DNA of 64,000 nt from a bacterium (GCA_963674695.2 CAXXGI010000002.1:800001-864000), one strand, 5' to 3'; counted from the first letter of the stretch, positions 11,065-20,480 are shown. Notes: generated by a model not told the origin, from the letters alone. Numbers and translations: made by a program.

Positions 11065-12018
11065 ATGTCTACAAATCGTTATAAGCATCTTTCGGAAGAA
11101 TTCCGCGCAGGGTATACCATTTTTGAAATCATCATCGTTATCTTGATCATCGCCGTTTTGGCGCTGACGGCGGTTGCCTTTTTTTACAATATCCACGGAG
11201 AAGCTGTGCAGGGGGGTGAACAGGGGGTTGTCGGAGCGGTGCGTTCCGGTTTGGCGACCTATGCGGTTGAATCACAGATGCTCAATCGGCAGCCACGATA
11301 TCCGGAAATGCTCGATGATGCCGAGAGCGGTGCTGCGGCTCCAGATAACCTCTTTTTTTCAACGATCGTTGCGCCTTCGATCAACAGCGATTGGAATAAG
11401 ATCGATACGAATCGGTATGAGGGGCCAACCGGGGTGCAGTATATCTACGACCAGGCAAATGGGACGTTTGCTGCGACCGATCCCGTCCTTGCCTCCTACT
11501 CCTTTGATGAGGGGGAGGGCGATTGGGTCGTTCGGGGGACGACGGTTGCCATTACGGACGGGCAGTTGGTCCTTGGGGATGGGGAGTGGCGTCCTGAAAA
11601 TCGGGCTTTTGTCGGTGATGAAAACTGGACCGACTATACCGTTGAGACCGATGTTCTGCTGCAGCAGGGGTCTGGATACGGAATCTTTTTTCGCGCCCAA
11701 AATCCCGACAGCCCAGAAGGATATATCTTTCAGTACGACCCCGGCTATGGGAGCGGGACTTTCCTTTTTCGGCGATGGGATGCTGGGCATGAGCGATCTC
11801 CGTTTGCACGGGCAGAGCCGGCCGATCCCGATTTCGACTGGTATGGAGTGGAGCGAAATGTTCGCGTTGAGGTCCAAGGGGATACATTTTCCGCCTATGT
11901 CGATGGCGAACTGGTCTTGACCGGAACGGATGACACCTATGACTCCGGTTCTGTCGGTGTTCGATCTTGGCACAATAGCTTGGTCGAATTCGACAATATG
12001 ACCGTTACAGAGCCGTAA
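11065..12018 (+). CDS. Type IV pilin-like protein with C-terminal DUF1080/ConA-like beta-sandwich domain
   Basis: Class III signal G|YTIFE plus hydrophobic helix; WTDYTVE, GIFFR, VRVEVQGDTFSAYVDG, SGSVG motifs. Confidence 0.75.
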   Translation: MSTNRYKHLSEEFRAGYTIFEIIIVILIIAVLALTAVAFFYNIHGEAVQGGEQGVVGAVRSGLATYAVESQMLNRQPRYPEMLDDAESGAAAPDNLFFSTIVAPSINSDWNKIDTNRYEGPTGVQYIYDQANGTFAATDPVLASYSFDEGEGDWVVRGTTVAITDGQLVLGDGEWRPENRAFVGDENWTDYTVETDVLLQQGSGYGIFFRAQNPDSPEGYIFQYDPGYGSGTFLFRRWDAGHERSPFARAEPADPDFDWYGVERNVRVEVQGDTFSAYVDGELVLTGTDDTYDSGSVGVRSWHNSLVEFDNMTVTEP

Positions 12019-12163
12019 AGATCTATTGCAAAAGGCGTTGAGACCGCGGATGCCATTCTCGGCCATCCGCGGTTGCTTTTTTGAGGGGGGCGTGATTCAC
12101 ATCACCGCGCGACGGTTTTTTCCCAAACGGGTTGCGTCACGTATTGTCATTTTTGTGCCTCAG

Positions 12164-12198
12164 TGAACGAGTCACGAGTCACGAGTCACGAGTCACGA
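12164..12198. repeat. Heptamer tandem repeat (GAGTCAC)
   Basis: About 4-5 copies just upstream of the patatin start. Confidence 0.8.
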
Positions 12199-12201
12199 AT
12201 T

Positions 12202-13605
12202 ATGGGTATTACGATCGTCCAAAAGAGTGATCTCACGAAGAAGCGGCCGCATGCGGTCAAGGCGCTCATTCTCTCCGGCGGGGCGGTGACCGGCGGTTCG
12301 TTCAAGGCCGGTGGCATCAAGGCGTTCAACGACTATCTCTCCGGATTTACGGTGAACGACTTCGATTGTTTCGTCGGCATCAGTTCCGGTAGCCTGCTCG
12401 TGACGCCCCTGGTGGGCGGCATCTCGCCCGAATCGGTCCTCAAGAGTCTCGATGGAACGAGCCGGCATTTTTCACCGCTGAGCGCGTGGCACTACTATCG
12501 TCCGAACGTCTCGGAACTCATCTCGCGGCCGATCTCCTTCATGATGCAGGCGGCCACCTGGTTGCCCGGAAGGGTGGCCGCGATCGTCGGTCAATCGGCG
12601 CGCTGGCCGGGGGGATTCATCGGTGCCATCCTCGATTTTGTGCGTCATCCGACGGATGCCTCCTATGAAGAGCTGATGGCGCCGCTGACGACGCTCATTC
12701 GAGGCGGTGATTTCCCGTCGCTGATGGGGCTTCTGCCTTCGGGCCTCTTCGATAACCGTCCCATCGAGCGCTATATTCGCACCAACATCGAGCGCAACGG
12801 GTTGACCAACGATTTTGTCGAGACCGAACGCCTCACGGGAAAACGCCTCTACATTTCGGCGATGCGCCTCGATGGCGCCAGCCGCGTCGTCTTCGGCCCG
12901 GACGAGGAGACCGATCTCTCGATCTCGGAGGCCATTCAGGCCTCCACCGCGATGCCGGGTTTTTATCGCCCGGCGACCATTCGCGGCGTCGATTACGTCG
13001 ATGGCGGCGTGCGCGAGACGGCGAACATCGATGTCGCCATCGACAAGGGGGCCGAGCTCATCGTCTGCTACAATCCCTTTCGTCCCTACGATTCCCAGGA
13101 GTTCGTCAGGGGGATGCAGCGCAGCAATCGCCGGCTCGCTTCGAGCGGCGTGCTGGCGGTGCTCAATCAGATCTTCCGCGCCTTCTTTCACTCGCGACTG
13201 ACCGTCGCCTTGGATCATTTTCGAGAGAGCGATCGTTTCCACGGCGACATCATCCTCATCGAGCCGCGCGCGGACGATCTCGACTTCTTTGCCCTCAACC
13301 CATTGGCGCTGGCCAACCGCGTTGAAGCGGCGCGCCTGGGGTTCGTCTCCGTGCGCAACTCCATCGAGGAACGCTTCGACGAGATGGCCGAAATCCTCGC
13401 CGCCTATGGTATCACCATGAGTCGCTCGGGAGTGGATGCTGAATATCAGTGTATCGCGGAACCGGATGCGACCGAGCAGGATGTGCAGTTCCTTCTGGAA
13501 GGGCGCAGCCGTCTTCCGGCGAAGAAGGCGGCCAAACGGACGAGACGGGGTCGTTCGAAGACGAAGAAGAAGACAAAGACAACGAGGAAGAAGAGCACGC
13601 GATGA
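12202..13605 (+). CDS. Patatin-like phospholipase
   Basis: LSGGAVTGG oxyanion loop, GISSG nucleophile motif, YVDGG; Lys/Arg-rich tail. Confidence 0.9.
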   Translation: MGITIVQKSDLTKKRPHAVKALILSGGAVTGGSFKAGGIKAFNDYLSGFTVNDFDCFVGISSGSLLVTPLVGGISPESVLKSLDGTSRHFSPLSAWHYYRPNVSELISRPISFMMQAATWLPGRVAAIVGQSARWPGGFIGAILDFVRHPTDASYEELMAPLTTLIRGGDFPSLMGLLPSGLFDNRPIERYIRTNIERNGLTNDFVETERLTGKRLYISAMRLDGASRVVFGPDEETDLSISEAIQASTAMPGFYRPATIRGVDYVDGGVRETANIDVAIDKGAELIVCYNPFRPYDSQEFVRGMQRSNRRLASSGVLAVLNQIFRAFFHSRLTVALDHFRESDRFHGDIILIEPRADDLDFFALNPLALANRVEAARLGFVSVRNSIEERFDEMAEILAAYGITMSRSGVDAEYQCIAEPDATEQDVQFLLEGRSRLPAKKAAKRTRRGRSKTKKKTKTTRKKSTR

Positions 13606-15050
13606 AATCTCGGCAACTCGACATCTTTGGAGCGCCTCCTGTACAGAAGGATTCCGCGTCCAAGCCGAAGCCAAAGTCCAAGGCCAAGACAAAAGCAGAG
13701 CCGAAGAAACGCCGGGCCTCGTCGCGCTCGCGTACGGCCAAGACCGCGCCGATGATCGTGGATGCGTATAATGCAGCCAGTCAGGCCAGCCAGGCCAGTC
13801 AGGCCAGTCAGGCCAGTCAGGCCAGTCAGGCCAGTCAGGCGAGTGCGGAGGCGGAGAAGGGGCCTCGTATCTATTCGATCGCCGAGATCACCGATTCGAT
13901 CAAGGGGCTCATCGAGCGGAACTACACCGATGTCTGGGCCTGTGGTGAAGTGACCGACTTTCGCAACCGGACCGGCCGGCACTTTTACTTCGCGCTCAAG
14001 GACGACAAGGCTAAGATTCGCGCCATCATCTTCGGCGCGGGGCAGCGGCGATTGCCCTTCGAGTTGACCGATGGTCTGGAACTCATCTGTCATGGGCGCC
14101 TCAACGTCTATCCGCTCGGCGGCAGCTATTCGCTGGTGATCGATCACTGCGAGCCCAAGGGGATCGGCGCGCTGCAGCTCGCGTTCGAACAGCTCAAAAA
14201 GAAACTCGAGGCCGAAGGCCTCTTCGCGCGTGAGCGCAAACGCCCGTTGCCGTTTCTGCCGCGACGCATCGGCGTGATCACCTCGCCGACCGGTGCGGCT
14301 GTGCGCGACATCATTCAGGTTCTCACGCGCCGCTTCCCCGGCATCGAGGTGCTCATCGATCCGGTGCGCGTGCAGGGAGAGGGATCCGCACCCGAGATCG
14401 CCGCGGCCATCGATCGCATGGGCGCACGCACCGATCTCGATTGCCTCATCGTCGGGCGCGGCGGCGGATCCATCGAGGACCTCTGGGCCTTCAATGAAGA
14501 GATTGTGGCGCGCGCCATCGTGGCATCAAACGTGCCGGTGATCTCGGCGGTTGGGCATGAGATCGATTTCACCATCGCGGATTTTGTGGCGGATGTGCGG
14601 GCGGCCACGCCCTCGGCTGCGGCCGAGATCGCGGTGCCGGTGCGCAGCGAGTTGATGCAGATGCTCGCGGATCGCCGACGGCAGTTGGGCTTGGCCCTGC
14701 GCGGGGGCCTGGAGCGTCGGGTCGATGCCGTCGCGCGTCTCTTCCATCGCCTCGGTGACCCGAGTCGGCGCCTTCCCGATCTGATGCAGCGCATCGATGC
14801 CCTCTCCCGCAGCCTTCGGTTCGGCATGGAGGTGGGTGTTGAGAAGCGCGCGCAGCGGTTTCAGGCGTTGGTGGCCAACCTAGGGCACCTCTCGCCACTC
14901 GGGATTTTGGCGAAGGGATATGCCGTTGTGGAGGATGAGCGCGGGCACACCGTCCGGGCGGCGCGCGGGCTCAAGGTGGATCAGGAGCTGGCCATACGCC
15001 TGCATAAGGGGGCTGTGCGTGCCCGCGTCCGTAAAATCGTTGACGGATGA
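13602..15050 (+). CDS. xseA: Exodeoxyribonuclease VII large subunit with N-terminal extension
   Basis: HFYFALKD, IGVITSPTGAA, GRGGGSIEDLWAFNEE, SAVGHEID, ATPSAAAE; ATGA overlap with patatin. Confidence 0.95.
   Translation: MKSRQLDIFGAPPVQKDSASKPKPKSKAKTKAEPKKRRASSRSRTAKTAPMIVDAYNAASQASQASQASQASQASQASQASAEAEKGPRIYSIAEITDSIKGLIERNYTDVWACGEVTDFRNRTGRHFYFALKDDKAKIRAIIFGAGQRRLPFELTDGLELICHGRLNVYPLGGSYSLVIDHCEPKGIGALQLAFEQLKKKLEAEGLFARERKRPLPFLPRRIGVITSPTGAAVRDIIQVLTRRFPGIEVLIDPVRVQGEGSAPEIAAAIDRMGARTDLDCLIVGRGGGSIEDLWAFNEEIVARAIVASNVPVISAVGHEIDFTIADFVADVRAATPSAAAEIAVPVRSELMQMLADRRRQLGLALRGGLERRVDAVARLFHRLGDPSRRLPDLMQRIDALSRSLRFGMEVGVEKRAQRFQALVANLGHLSPLGILAKGYAVVEDERGHTVRAARGLKVDQELAIRLHKGAVRARVRKIVDG
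13776..13838 (+). repeat. In-frame 9-bp VNTR (GCCAGTCAG)x7 encoding (ASQ)7
   Basis: Directly visible in DNA and protein. Confidence 0.95.
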
Positions 15051-15094
15051 GGGGGTGGTGCAGTAAGGGTCGTATAATGATAACGGAGGGGGCG

Positions 15095-15328
15095 ATGACG
15101 GAAAAACGCAGCTTTGAAAAGGCGATGACCGAACTCGAGGGGATCGTGCGGCAGCTCGAATCGAACGACCTGACGCTCGACGATTCCCTCAAGGCCTTCG
15201 AAAAGGGAGTGACGCTCACGCGCGAGTGTGAAACGTATCTCACCGAGGCGAAGGGCAAGGTCGAAAAACTCGTGCGCGACGCGGATGGCGTGGAAAAGAC
15301 CGAGGCGTTCGAACCGCGCGAAGCGTGA
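15095..15328 (+). CDS. xseB: Exodeoxyribonuclease VII small subunit
   Basis: SFEKAMTELEGIVRQLE ... FEKGV; GGAGGG RBS. Confidence 0.95.
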   Translation: MTEKRSFEKAMTELEGIVRQLESNDLTLDDSLKAFEKGVTLTRECETYLTEAKGKVEKLVRDADGVEKTEAFEPREA

Positions 15329-15441
15329 ACGGTGAACGGTGAACGGTGAACGGTGAACGGTGAACGGTGAACACTGCAGTGTAACACGATTTTGCTTACG
15401 GTTTACGGTTCACCGTTTACGGTTTACGGTTCACAAGTCAC
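15325..15441. repeat. Heptamer tandem repeat (GTGAACG)x~7 with an inverted degenerate tract
   Basis: Left tract 15325-15372, right tract (GTTYACG) about 15395-15441. Confidence 0.9.
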
Positions 15442-15450
15442 GGAAAAATC

Positions 15451-16332
15451 ATGAATCTCAAAACATATCTGGCAGAACGCAAGGGGTGGGTCGAGGCGGA
15501 GCTCAAGCGCTCGATCGATGATCCGTCCATTCCGCAGCAGCTGGCGAAAGCGATGCGCTACAGTCTGGAGGCGGGCGGCAAGCGCTTGCGCCCGGTGCTG
15601 GCGTTTGCCGCGGCCGAGGCGGTGGGGAGCGATGCGCGTCGGGCCATGCCCGCGGCCGTCGCCCTCGAGATGATCCACACCTTCTCGCTCATCCACGATG
15701 ATCTCCCGGCCATGGACGACGACTCGCTGCGCCGGGGAAAACCCACCAACCACAAGGTCTTCGGTGAAGCCACAGCGATTCTCGCCGGCGATGCGCTCCT
15801 GGCCGAGGCCTTCTCGGCCCTGGCGCACGCGGCGGTCGATGTTTCCCCTGTGCAGCTCATCGAGGTCATCGCCGATATCGCCGATGCCACCGGCTGTCGC
15901 GGCATGACCGGTGGCCAGCAGATCGACATCGATGCGACGGGAGAGACCATCTCGCTCGAAGCGCTCGAGGGTCTGCACCGGTACAAGACCGGGGCGCTCA
16001 TTCGGGTTGCCCTCACCTCCGGCGCGAAATTGGCTGGCGCCGATGCAGAGCAGGTGGAGCGTCTTGCGCATTTTGGCGAAGCGATCGGGCTCGCCTTTCA
16101 GATCGCCGACGATGTGCTCGACATCGAGGGCGATCAATCGCTCATGGGCAAGGACATCGGAAGCGATGAGGGACAGGACAAATCCACCTATCCGTCGATC
16201 ATCGGGCTGGATGCGTCCAAACGGCGTGCAGCCGCCCTCATCGACGAGGCGGTCGAGACGATCGCTCCCTTCGGCGAGAAGGGTGAACCGCTCGGCCAGA
16301 TCGCCCGCTACATCATCGAGCGAACATCATGA
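15451..16332 (+). CDS. ispA: Farnesyl/geranylgeranyl diphosphate synthase
   Basis: GGKRLRP, IHDDLPAMDDDSLRRG, KTGALI, FQIADDVLD. Confidence 0.95.
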   Translation: MNLKTYLAERKGWVEAELKRSIDDPSIPQQLAKAMRYSLEAGGKRLRPVLAFAAAEAVGSDARRAMPAAVALEMIHTFSLIHDDLPAMDDDSLRRGKPTNHKVFGEATAILAGDALLAEAFSALAHAAVDVSPVQLIEVIADIADATGCRGMTGGQQIDIDATGETISLEALEGLHRYKTGALIRVALTSGAKLAGADAEQVERLAHFGEAIGLAFQIADDVLDIEGDQSLMGKDIGSDEGQDKSTYPSIIGLDASKRRAAALIDEAVETIAPFGEKGEPLGQIARYIIERTS

Positions 16333-16754
16333 GACATCACTGCGCTGAAATAGACGTCGCTACCAAGGATCCCGTCGAGTTTCTCGACTGCACGGAACGC
16401 GTCTGCGAGGTGGTGGCCAAAAGCGGTATTCGCAACGGATTGGCCACGGTCGCCACGCAGCACACCACGGCCGCGGTGCGCATCACTGAACGGTGCGAGC
16501 GGTTGCAACAGGATATGCGCACGTGGCTTAACGAGACGATCCCGGCGGCACCCTATCGGCACGATGAACAGACCGTCGACGATCGTCCCAATGCGCGTGG
16601 CCACCTCATGGCCATGCTCATGCCGCACGCCGAGACGATTCCGATCGTCGACGGCAAGCTCAAACTGGGGCAGTGGCAGTCGATCTTCTTCGTCGAGGTG
16701 GACGGTCCGCGCCCCGAGCGCCGTTTGTTTGTGCAGGTGATTGGTGAACGGTGA
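16329..16754 (+). CDS. yjbQ: YjbQ/UPF0047 family protein
   Basis: HTTAA, YRHD ... NARGHL, LGQWQSIFFVEVDGPR; ATGA overlap with ispA. Confidence 0.9.
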   Translation: MRHHCAEIDVATKDPVEFLDCTERVCEVVAKSGIRNGLATVATQHTTAAVRITERCERLQQDMRTWLNETIPAAPYRHDEQTVDDRPNARGHLMAMLMPHAETIPIVDGKLKLGQWQSIFFVEVDGPRPERRLFVQVIGER

Positions 16755-16779
16755 ACGGTTCACGAGTAGTGGAGGTGGT

Positions 16780-18159
16780 ATGAACACACAGGATATGCAG
16801 TCGTTCTTTGCCGATGAAGAGACGATCGATCGCGACGTCTCCGTCATCTTCACCTATTTCATCGAGACGCTTACATCCGTGAAGGAGGCGGCGGCCTCCC
16901 TCTGCCAGGAGACCTCCACGGCGCAGTGGAAGCGCCCGAACGTCGACGAGGATTTTCGCCCGCGTCATGCGGCCAAGGTGATCTCGCTCGAGCCGATCGA
17001 CGAGGGAGCCGCGTCGGTCTTTTCGAGCACCGCGGTTTTTGGCTCGCGGTTTTCGCGCGCGCGCGTGCGCATCGCACACCCGATCGAAAACTTCGGCGCA
17101 CGCCTGCCCAACCTGCTCACCGTCGCCATGGGCGAAGGCGCCTTCTTCAGCCACGGCATCACGTCGATCAAACTCATCGACATCGAGTTTCCGGATAGCT
17201 TCTTGGCAGCCTTCCAGGGACCGCAGTTCGGGACCGCAGGCCTGCGCCGGATCATCGATGTCTTCGATCGCCCGCTCTTCTTCGGCGTGGTCAAACCCAA
17301 CGTTGGGCTCGATCCCGCAGGCTTTGCGGAGCTTGCACGCGAGGCGTGGGTCGGCGGGCTCGACGTCGCCAAGGATGATGAGATGCTCGCCGATACGGCG
17401 TATTCTCCCTTTGCCCAGCGCATGCAGCTCGTGGGGCAAGCGCGGCAGGAAGCTGAGCAAATCACCGGACGGCCGAAGATTTTTATCGCCAATATCACCG
17501 ATGAAGTCGATCGCATCATCGAGCTGCATGACATCGCGGTCGAAAATGGAGTCAATGCGGTCATGCTCAACGTCATGGCCGTGGGGCTCTCCGCAGTGCG
17601 TATGCTGCGCAAACGGTCGCAGGTGCCGATCATCGCTCACTTCGATTGCATTGCGCCCATGTCGCGGCATCCCTATTTCGGCGTCTCCACGACGGTGCTG
17701 ACGAAACTTCAGCGCCTGGCCGGTTGCGATGCGATCATCATGCCGGGGTTTGGCGAGCGAATGATGACCTCCGAGGAGGAGGTGTTGGCCAACGTGCAGG
17801 AATGCGTTGCGCCCATGGGGTCGATCGCATCCGTCCTGCCGGTTCCGGGCGGAAGCGATTGGGCGGGGACGTTGCCGCAGGTCTATGAACGCTTGCGCAC
17901 GATCGACTTTGCGCTCGTTCCGGGGCGAGGCGTCTTCGGCCATCCGCAGGGCCCGCGCGCCGGGGCGGAGAGCCTTGTCCAGTCGTGGGAGGCCACCGTC
18001 GCGCGCATCGATCTGGCCGAGTATGCCGAGCAGGCGCCGCAGCTGCGTGCCGCGATCGAGGCCTTTAGCGCAGCAGGCGGACAGGACGATACGACCGATG
18101 GAGAGGCGCTCATACATGGGTATACGGGGGCGGTACTCTCGTCGGTGATGCGCCATTGA
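16780..18159 (+). CDS. RuBisCO-like protein, form IV (Chlorobium/Photo-clade-like)
   Basis: GGAGGT RBS; ETSTAQWKR, GVVKPNVGL, GGLDVAKDDEMLAD, MPGFGERM, PVPGGSD, PGRGVFGHP. Confidence 0.92.
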   Translation: MNTQDMQSFFADEETIDRDVSVIFTYFIETLTSVKEAAASLCQETSTAQWKRPNVDEDFRPRHAAKVISLEPIDEGAASVFSSTAVFGSRFSRARVRIAHPIENFGARLPNLLTVAMGEGAFFSHGITSIKLIDIEFPDSFLAAFQGPQFGTAGLRRIIDVFDRPLFFGVVKPNVGLDPAGFAELAREAWVGGLDVAKDDEMLADTAYSPFAQRMQLVGQARQEAEQITGRPKIFIANITDEVDRIIELHDIAVENGVNAVMLNVMAVGLSAVRMLRKRSQVPIIAHFDCIAPMSRHPYFGVSTTVLTKLQRLAGCDAIIMPGFGERMMTSEEEVLANVQECVAPMGSIASVLPVPGGSDWAGTLPQVYERLRTIDFALVPGRGVFGHPQGPRAGAESLVQSWEATVARIDLAEYAEQAPQLRAAIEAFSAAGGQDDTTDGEALIHGYTGAVLSSVMRH

Positions 18160-18226
18160 TGCATCCCGCGTGCCGTTGTTCTCGAAGGGAGTTTTCATGA
18201 ACGCGTTGCCTGTGCGAGCGATGCTC

Positions 18227-18380
18227 CAGGCTGCTGACAAAGTCCAGAAGAGATGATTATCTCATGATTGTCATTCTGAGGCGTCAGCCGAAGAATCCCT
18301 TGTTGACGATGTTTGTAGGGGATTCTTCGCTTCGCTCAGAATGACAATACTATTCGTCATTGGGGTTTGTCATCAACCTC
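18227..18380. mobile_element. MITE with IS1182-like ends carrying a REP doublet; ~39-bp flanking direct repeat
   Basis: Ends CAGGCTGCTGACAAAGTC / GGGTTTGTCATCAACCTC; DR at 18188-18226 and 18389-18427 (3 mismatches). Confidence 0.8.
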
Positions 18381-18397
18381 ATATTTGAGGAGTTTTT

Positions 18398-19285
18398 ATG
18401 AACGCGGCGCCTGTGCGAGCGATGCTCGTCCTAATTCTGCTCGTCATTCCATCGATGGTCTTCGCCAAAATTCCGCCGAAGATCGAGAAGGTCGTCTTCT
18501 CGCAGTTCGTGCCGGCGCTGTCGAATCCGGGGATCATCTCCGCCTATACCGATCCGGATCCGGCGAAGATGCGGACCTATGTCGTGATCGAGCGTGGCGG
18601 CATTCCGGCCGAGCGCGCGACGTTCTTTATCTCCTGGAGTGACTACGACTATCGCGGTGCGGTCATCAATCTTGCGAAGAACGATCGGATCACGACGCGT
18701 CGCGGTGGGGTCTACACCTATCTCCAGAAGGGGGATGTCATGGCCGTGACCGGCGTGCGCGTCTTTGGGTCGACGGTCTACGTGAAACTCCTTTCCGCAG
18801 ACGTTTATCGCCCCGAAGCGCGGGAGAAGGATAAACGCTTTGCTCGGGTGTCGGTGGAGGTCGGGTTCAAATTTCCCAAAGAAGTGTTTAAAACGGATGA
18901 TGCCGATACGGTGATCAAGACGATGCTCGAATGGTTCACGCCTTTCTCCTCTCGCGATGAGGCCTTTGCTTATGCGGAAACCATCGGCGGCAATACCGCA
19001 GAGATAGCGGGCCAGGAGTGGGAGCAGCTGAAGGCCGAGGAGCGCGCGGCGCGGGAGGCCAGGCGCAAGCGCAAGGCTTCGACTGCCGTCGGCGATGAAT
19101 CGCCGGCAGATGCCGCCGCAGCGGAGCATGTCGAGCAGGAGGGACAGCGCAAGCAGGTCAAAAAACTCGATGAAAAGATCGAAGCGCTTCAGCGCCAGAT
19201 GGAGGAAAACGCCGCGGAGATGGAACGGCTCAAACAGGAGATGAAGGCGAATGCGCAGGCCGAGGATGCGTCGCCGAAAAAGTGA
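18398..19285 (+). CDS. Hypothetical secreted protein with C-terminal coiled coil
   Basis: GAGGAG RBS, signal peptide ending VFA, charged heptad tail. Confidence 0.75.
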   Translation: MNAAPVRAMLVLILLVIPSMVFAKIPPKIEKVVFSQFVPALSNPGIISAYTDPDPAKMRTYVVIERGGIPAERATFFISWSDYDYRGAVINLAKNDRITTRRGGVYTYLQKGDVMAVTGVRVFGSTVYVKLLSADVYRPEAREKDKRFARVSVEVGFKFPKEVFKTDDADTVIKTMLEWFTPFSSRDEAFAYAETIGGNTAEIAGQEWEQLKAEERAAREARRKRKASTAVGDESPADAAAAEHVEQEGQRKQVKKLDEKIEALQRQMEENAAEMERLKQEMKANAQAEDASPKK

Positions 19286-19303
19286 ACGACCTGTTTCAAA
19301 CAC

Positions 19304-19337
19304 AAACGGCCGACTCTCTTCGAGTCGGCCGTTTTTT
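19304..19337. terminator. Bidirectional intrinsic terminator
   Basis: AAACGGCCGACTC ... GAGTCGGCCGTTTTTT between convergent genes. Confidence 0.85.
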
Positions 19338-19383
19338 GTGCGATGAAATATTTTCACGGCTTTAAAGAATTGTTCAGGGGGTG

Positions 19384-20319
19384 CTAGCCCTCATCCGCTT
19401 CGCGGCGTGTTCGATCGGCATCGAAGCTTTTTCCCAAATCGAAGGCGATGCCGGCCGTGACCGTGAATTTCGGGCCGCCTGCGGCGTTCAGGACAGAGGC
19501 ACCACCGGCTGCGCGGAAGGAAAGTCCCATCGGCAGGCGGTAGCTGAGTCCACCCATGACGATGAGCGGCGAGGTGCGCCGGTCGATGTCGCGCATGACG
19601 ATCGATCCGTTCGCTTCCGCCATGACCTCCAAACCCTTGTAGACCGGAACCATGGCGCCGAGTCCAAAGGTGAGTTCGTCCCCGAACTTTCTTCCGCCGA
19701 TCGTCTGATCGGGAAGAAGACTGTAGCCGACATTTGCGGTAATGTAGGTATCGCGCAGGCCGAGGAAAGCCTTGTCGACGATGATCTTTGCGCCGCCGGA
19801 TATCCCCTTATTTCCCATGAACTTTTTATCGTTCCCCGTCGGGGCATCGACGAACCCCAGGATCGCAATGCCCGGGAGGTTGCCCTTGTCGGCGAGCGCG
19901 CGTCCCTTGAGAGCAAAGCGGATATCACCGAGCCCAACCGTGGTGATGGTGCTCGCATTGACGGTATACATCTCCGAGACGTAGGCGTGTACGGGGACGT
20001 CGAAGCCGATATCGATCCGGTCAAAGAATCCGATTCCAGCGGTGACATCGGCGGTCAGCATCTTTTTGATGAGCTGGGTGCTGCCACCACCGGCAGCCCG
20101 AATTGCAAAGAGCGACTGGGCATAGTCGGCATCGATGGCGAAGGTGGGCCGCAGGTGCGTGAGGGTTCGCGAACCATAGACCGTGAGGATGCCGCTCCGA
20201 TCGAACGTCGGGCGGAAGCGCTGGATGTCGAAGCCGACAATACCGGTATCGGCGGCATGTGCTGTGCTGGCGATGAGCAGGGCGGCGACGAAGAGGGTCG
20301 AAACGAGTCGCTTCTTCAT
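19384..20319 (-). CDS. Outer-membrane beta-barrel protein (like N-terminal barrels of myxobacterial OmpA proteins, no OmpA domain)
   Basis: Signal peptide AHA; FDIQRFRP start, GLGDIR, DAPTG, alternating strands. Confidence 0.7.
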   Translation of the reverse strand: MKKRLVSTLFVAALLIASTAHAADTGIVGFDIQRFRPTFDRSGILTVYGSRTLTHLRPTFAIDADYAQSLFAIRAAGGGSTQLIKKMLTADVTAGIGFFDRIDIGFDVPVHAYVSEMYTVNASTITTVGLGDIRFALKGRALADKGNLPGIAILGFVDAPTGNDKKFMGNKGISGGAKIIVDKAFLGLRDTYITANVGYSLLPDQTIGGRKFGDELTFGLGAMVPVYKGLEVMAEANGSIVMRDIDRRTSPLIVMGGLSYRLPMGLSFRAAGGASVLNAAGGPKFTVTAGIAFDLGKSFDADRTRREADEG

Positions 20320-20420
20320 GGCATCTCCAACGAATGAGGGACAAGGGATAACAGAAAATACTAATTATTTCGATGGGATGTACTCTTTTTGCGGAAAGGC
20401 GTCAAACCGATTTTGGGGAG

Positions 20421-20455
20421 AAAAAACGGCGGGCCCGCGGGGGGTCCGCCGTTTT
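20421..20455 (-). terminator. Intrinsic terminator
   Basis: AAAAACGGCGG ... CCGCCGTTTT hairpin. Confidence 0.75.
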
Positions 20456-20480
20456 AGCGTGTCGTATCCTTTCTCCCTTC

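Noticed and set aside
16780-18159. Carbon-fixing RuBisCO / Calvin cycle
   Set aside because: Key form I-III residues are substituted (KPN, HFD, Arg in loop 6); no small subunit or phosphoribulokinase in the window.
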